From Gemmatimonadaceae bacterium (GTDB taxonomy: Bacteria; Gemmatimonadota; Gemmatimonadetes; Gemmatimonadales; Gemmatimonadaceae): a DNA stretch of 64,000 bases. A program made the translations under genes and the position numbers. Numbering within the stretch: position 1 is the stretch's first letter; each line of letters begins with the position of its first letter. Below, one piece after another: positions 60,358 to 64,000 of the stretch. The DNA lies in contig JBHYGA010000007.1 in NCBI GenBank assembly GCA_051859245.1, positions 93,741-157,740 on the forward strand, given 5' to 3'. The notes beneath the pieces were generated by a model. It searched no databases, had not been told where the DNA came from, and saw nothing but the letters and a program-made list of their open reading frames with translations.

Positions 60358-61143
60358 TTACTTCTTTTTCGCAGCCTTCTTGGCGGGCGCCTTGGCGGCG
60401 GCTTTGACCGGTGCCTTGGCGGCCGGTTTGGCCGGTGCCTTGGCGGGTGCTTTTGCTGCGGCCTTCACTGGTGCCTTGGCCGCCGGCTTGGCCGGAGCGG
60501 CCTTGACCGGTGCCTTGGCGGCCGGCTTCGCGGGCGCTGCGGGCTTCGCTGGCGCCTTGGCCGGCGCGGCCGTCTTGGCCGGAGCCGTCTTGGCTGGCGC
60601 AGCCTTGGCCGGTGCCGCGGGAGCGGCGGCCTTGGCGGGTGCCTTGGGCGCCGACGGCTTTTCGGCCGCCGCTGCTGGCGCCGCGGGAGCGGCGGGCGGC
60701 GTTGGCGGTGCCGGCGGCTTGGGCGGTGTGGCCGGCTGCGGTGGACGAACGTTCAGCGGCTGCGGCTTGGGCGCGGGCTTTGGCGGCTCAGGCTTTGGCA
60801 ACGCGCCATGCTTCTCAATGTAGGCGGCCTCGGCTTCTGCGATCAGCGCGTCACCTTCGTCGGCGTTCATCTGCCCACGACGCACCATGTAGTGGATCAG
60901 CTCGCGCGCGCTTTCAATGGCAAACGCGGTGAGCCCGGCGGCTGCGCGAATCACTTCGCGCATGGAGCCGGACATGCGGCTGCCCGCTTCGAGGCTGATC
61001 TCATGGGCACGACGCGCCATCTCGGCGGCCGTATCGCTGGCGTCAGCACCGCGATGCCCAGGACCGCGACGTGGCGGCGGCGAGGCGGGCGCGGGTGTTT
61101 CCACTTCTGCTGACGAATCGCTATCCAGCGACATATCGGCCAT
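60358..61143 (-). CDS. Phasin-like N-domain + histone H1-like AAKP-repeat protein (PhaF/AlgP-like architecture)
   Basis: ARELI.YMVRRGQM..DEG segment; Pro-rich linker; AKPAAKAP repeats ending KKAAKKK. Confidence 0.7.
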   Translation of the reverse strand: MADMSLDSDSSAEVETPAPASPPPRRGPGHRGADASDTAAEMARRAHEISLEAGSRMSGSMREVIRAAAGLTAFAIESARELIHYMVRRGQMNADEGDALIAEAEAAYIEKHGALPKPEPPKPAPKPQPLNVRPPQPATPPKPPAPPTPPAAPAAPAAAAEKPSAPKAPAKAAAPAAPAKAAPAKTAPAKTAAPAKAPAKPAAPAKPAAKAPVKAAPAKPAAKAPVKAAAKAPAKAPAKPAAKAPVKAAAKAPAKKAAKKK

Positions 61144-61455
61144 GGACGAAAGATCTCCTGCCACCACTTCGACGCCGGAACATCCGGCCGAACGGGGCGC
61201 TCAAGGGCACAAAAGGCCCACGTGAAGTCACGGACTGACACCGTCGCGGCGCCGAAACGGCGGCCAGCCACGGAGCGAGGTGTTCGAGAACGCTGTAACT
61301 ATATGATTTCTGGACATCTACGCAAGGTACGGTAACGTTCTTTCGGAGGGCTGCGTGAGCTTTCTCACGCGCACTCTTGGTAAAAGAACGCGGATCGCGC
61401 CGCAGCAAGTTCCCGTATTGCAGTATCATCAGCAAAACAGCATACACTCATAATA

Positions 61456-62565
61456 ATGACACTACCGCTATCCGGCATCAGAATCGTCGATTTATCACGT
61501 GTGCTCGCCGGACCGCTGTGTACAATGATGCTCGGAGATCTCGGTGCCGATGTCATCAAAGTCGAGCGGCCGGAAGTGGGTGACGACACGCGCGGATGGG
61601 GCCCGCCGTTCGCCGCCGACGGCGAAAGTGCCTACTTCCGGAGCGTCAATCGCAACAAGCTCAGCCTGGCCGCCAACTTCGACGATTCCGCCGATCTGAC
61701 GCTGATTCACCGCCTGGTCGCGGACGCCGACGTTGTCGTGGAGAACTACCTGCCCGGGGCACTGCGCCGAAAGGGACTTGATCGTGACGAGATGCTGCGC
61801 GCCAACACGCGACTGATCTGGTGCACGATTTCGGGATTCGGACTCACCAGTGAACGGCCAGGCTACGACTTCGTGGTGCAGGCGGAATCCGGATGGATGT
61901 CAATCACGGGCGCGGAGCCTGGCGAACCGAGCAAAGTGGGCGTGGCGCTGGCCGACGTGATCGCGGGAAAGGACGCCGCGATTACCATTCTCGCGGCGCT
62001 GGCGGGGCGCGACCGACTGGCAGCCAGCGAGCGTCACGTGCACGTGTCCTTGCAGGGGTCAGCCGTGGCCGCGCTGGTGAATGTCGCGCAAAACACCCTG
62101 GTGACCGGTTCGCCGCCGAAGCGATGGGGCAATGCGCATCCGAATCTGGTGCCCTATCAGCTGTTTCGCGCGGCTGACCGCGATCTCGTGCTCGCAGTGG
62201 GAAATGACGCGCAGTGGGCGCAGTGTGCCGCGGCGCTCGAGCTGGGACCGAACGAGGCATGGCGCACCAACGCCGGCCGAGTGCGCGATCGGGAGACGCT
62301 CGTTCCGGCGCTGGATCGCATTCTGAGAACGCGCGACGCGGGGGACTGGATGGCCGCGTTCTCCCGCGTGGGCGTGCCGTGCGGACTGGTGCAGACGGTA
62401 CCGGAGGCGCTTGCGTCGGTCACCGCGCATGCCGTTTACGGTGTGGCCTCGGCCGTGGGAGGCGCCGTGCGATACGCGCCGCCGCGGCTCGACCAGCATG
62501 GTGGGGTGATTCGGGCCAAGGGCTGGTCGGCGTTCAACGTGACAGCAGGAGCGGACGAATTGTGA
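61456..62565 (+). CDS. CaiB/BaiF family III CoA-transferase
   Basis: DLSRVLAGP, LGADVIKVE, NRNK.S, ISGFG, GYD...QA.SG, HPN.VPYQ. Confidence 0.92.
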   Translation: MTLPLSGIRIVDLSRVLAGPLCTMMLGDLGADVIKVERPEVGDDTRGWGPPFAADGESAYFRSVNRNKLSLAANFDDSADLTLIHRLVADADVVVENYLPGALRRKGLDRDEMLRANTRLIWCTISGFGLTSERPGYDFVVQAESGWMSITGAEPGEPSKVGVALADVIAGKDAAITILAALAGRDRLAASERHVHVSLQGSAVAALVNVAQNTLVTGSPPKRWGNAHPNLVPYQLFRAADRDLVLAVGNDAQWAQCAAALELGPNEAWRTNAGRVRDRETLVPALDRILRTRDAGDWMAAFSRVGVPCGLVQTVPEALASVTAHAVYGVASAVGGAVRYAPPRLDQHGGVIRAKGWSAFNVTAGADEL

Positions 62566-62825
62566 GCCAGCGTTACGCCCTGAGCAATTACAAATACGTC
62601 GTGCAGAGTGAGCGAAAGTCGCCGCCGTTATGTGATCAGCTGTCGCGCAAGAATGTGTGCAAAAGTGAGCTAAGCTGAATAAGTGATGTGAGTTACGTAC
62701 ACCCTCAAGGTGTTACGTCCAGGTGCACCGCTCGTCTTTCTGACGTGGTGATCGGAGAAAAAGCTTTACCGATTCCTGCTTTGGAAGGATTGTCCCAAGC
62801 TTCACCTCGGGGTTATCCTAGCGCC

Positions 62826-63389
62826 GTGACCAATATTGACACGACGCTTTCGACGGAAGTCGATTCGGATCAGGAAATCATCTCGCGAGTGATAGCGGGC
62901 AACCGCGACGCATTCGGGACCTTGATTCATCGGTACAGCGACGCGCTGTATCGCCACGCCCTCGGCATGACCGGTTCGCCGGACGTCGCCGAGGACATCC
63001 TGCAGACATCGTTCATCAAGGCGTATCACCATCTCGGTGAAGTACGCGGACGATTCGATGCCTGGCTCTTCCGGATCGTAGCAAACGGATGCAAGGACTG
63101 GCTGAAGAACATTCGGCGGTCGCACCTCAGCTATGACGAGGATGATCAACCGTCCAACTACACCACGCCCGACGAGGACCTTGACCGCACGGAGTTGCGG
63201 CATGACCTCGACAGTGCGTTGGCAGAGTTGGCGCCGTCACTCCGCGAGGCATTCGTCATGAAACATGTCGAAGGCCGTTCATACGAGGAAATGGCGGATC
63301 TACTCGGTACTACTGTTGGCGCTTTGAAGATGCGCGTGCATCGGGCACGCGAAGCTCTACAAGCGCTACTTGAGGAGAAATACGCCTGA
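62826..63389 (+). CDS. ECF RNA polymerase sigma factor
   Basis: AEDILQ.SF, F.AWLFRI..N, G.SYEEMA..LG...G.LK.R.HRAR; GTG start inferred. Confidence 0.9.
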   Translation: MTNIDTTLSTEVDSDQEIISRVIAGNRDAFGTLIHRYSDALYRHALGMTGSPDVAEDILQTSFIKAYHHLGEVRGRFDAWLFRIVANGCKDWLKNIRRSHLSYDEDDQPSNYTTPDEDLDRTELRHDLDSALAELAPSLREAFVMKHVEGRSYEEMADLLGTTVGALKMRVHRAREALQALLEEKYA

Positions 63390-63838
63390 TGCTCGAATCA
63401 CAGAATCCCCAGGAAGGCGCGGATCGTTCCGTCGCTGGCCGCGATGCTGGCCGTCCCGCGAACGGTGCACCGTTGGCCGATCGTGAAGTTCCGCTTCCGG
63501 GCGCTGAGGCGTTTGGCACCACACCGGCCGCCGTGCACGCATGGCTCGACGGTGAGGCCTCCGAGGCCGACGCGCGTCTCGCCGATGCGCGCCAGGTCGC
63601 ACTCTGGAGCCGGATCGAAACGGAAACGGCGCAGCGCCGTCGCATGACCACGCCGGCCTACGTGCAGCAGCGCATCATGGACGCGCTGCCCGAAGCCAAG
63701 CCGTCAATGGCCACATCAACCGTCACGGCCGCTGCAACGCAGTCGTCGGGCATGATCGCGCTCTCGCCCGTGTCGGCGATGCTCGCCGCCGCCGGCCTCA
63801 TTGCCGCTGGTTTCCTGCTCGCGCGTTTCGTCGCGTAA
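63389..63838 (+). CDS. Putative anti-sigma factor
   Basis: TGATG overlap with the sigma gene; HAWLDGE motif; C-terminal TM helix. Confidence 0.7.
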   Translation: MLESQNPQEGADRSVAGRDAGRPANGAPLADREVPLPGAEAFGTTPAAVHAWLDGEASEADARLADARQVALWSRIETETAQRRRMTTPAYVQQRIMDALPEAKPSMATSTVTAAATQSSGMIALSPVSAMLAAAGLIAAGFLLARFVA

Positions 63839-63862
63839 TCGTCTCCGCTACCCCGCGGACGG

Positions 63863-63909
63863 AAAAGCGCCGGTCCTCGCACATGCGAGGGCCGGCGCTT
63901 TTTTCTTTT
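63863..63909 (+). terminator. Rho-independent terminator
   Basis: AAAAGCGCCGGTCCTCGCA-CA-TGCGAGGGCCGGCGCTTTT followed by a T-rich tail. Confidence 0.88.
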
Positions 63910-64000
63910 CCTGGCCTTTGATCTCGCGCTCGCACCAGCGTGCAGTCTGATTCGGTCATTCGGCCCAGTAGCCGGAGCCCAGGGCTATTTGGCCTTTCGG

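Noticed and set aside
60358..60660. DNA tandem repeat or VNTR element
   Set aside because: Explained by the coding AKPAAKAP repeats.
61294..61320. ECF-type promoter TGTAAC...CATCTA
   Set aside because: A single weak match, not assignable to the nearby sigma without data.

Overview
GC-rich bacterial chromosomal segment of about 55 genes. The Gly-rich secreted peptidases, membrane Ser/Thr kinase, Oar-type TonB receptor and BlaI/BlaR pair suggest a Gemmatimonas-like (Gemmatimonadota) organism; this is an inference. The left ~24.5 kb is an accessory, high-turnover zone. It holds a VapBC toxin-antitoxin pair, a bestrophin + LCIB/theta-type carbonic anhydrase gene pair, a tandem cupredoxin, a multi-GAF kinase with two NarL regulators next to a small catabolic cluster, and several gene or tRNA remnants. 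The right part is more core-like: EF-G2, M14 peptidase, thiC with a TPP riboswitch, hemJ, rnhA and an ECF sigma. Highlights: (1) a bacterial bestrophin/LCIB-type CA gene pair mirroring the algal CO2-concentrating module; (2) three intergenic hairpins with a conserved GCGNAGC minihairpin core but unrelated, self-complementary outer arms; (3) an intact ThyX paralogue lacking the RHR..S.RY catalytic signature; (4) an IPMDH-family enzyme with a remodelled substrate pocket. I saw no CRISPR array, full rRNA/tRNA, integrase or transposase. All family calls come from motif recognition by eye; no database searches were run.
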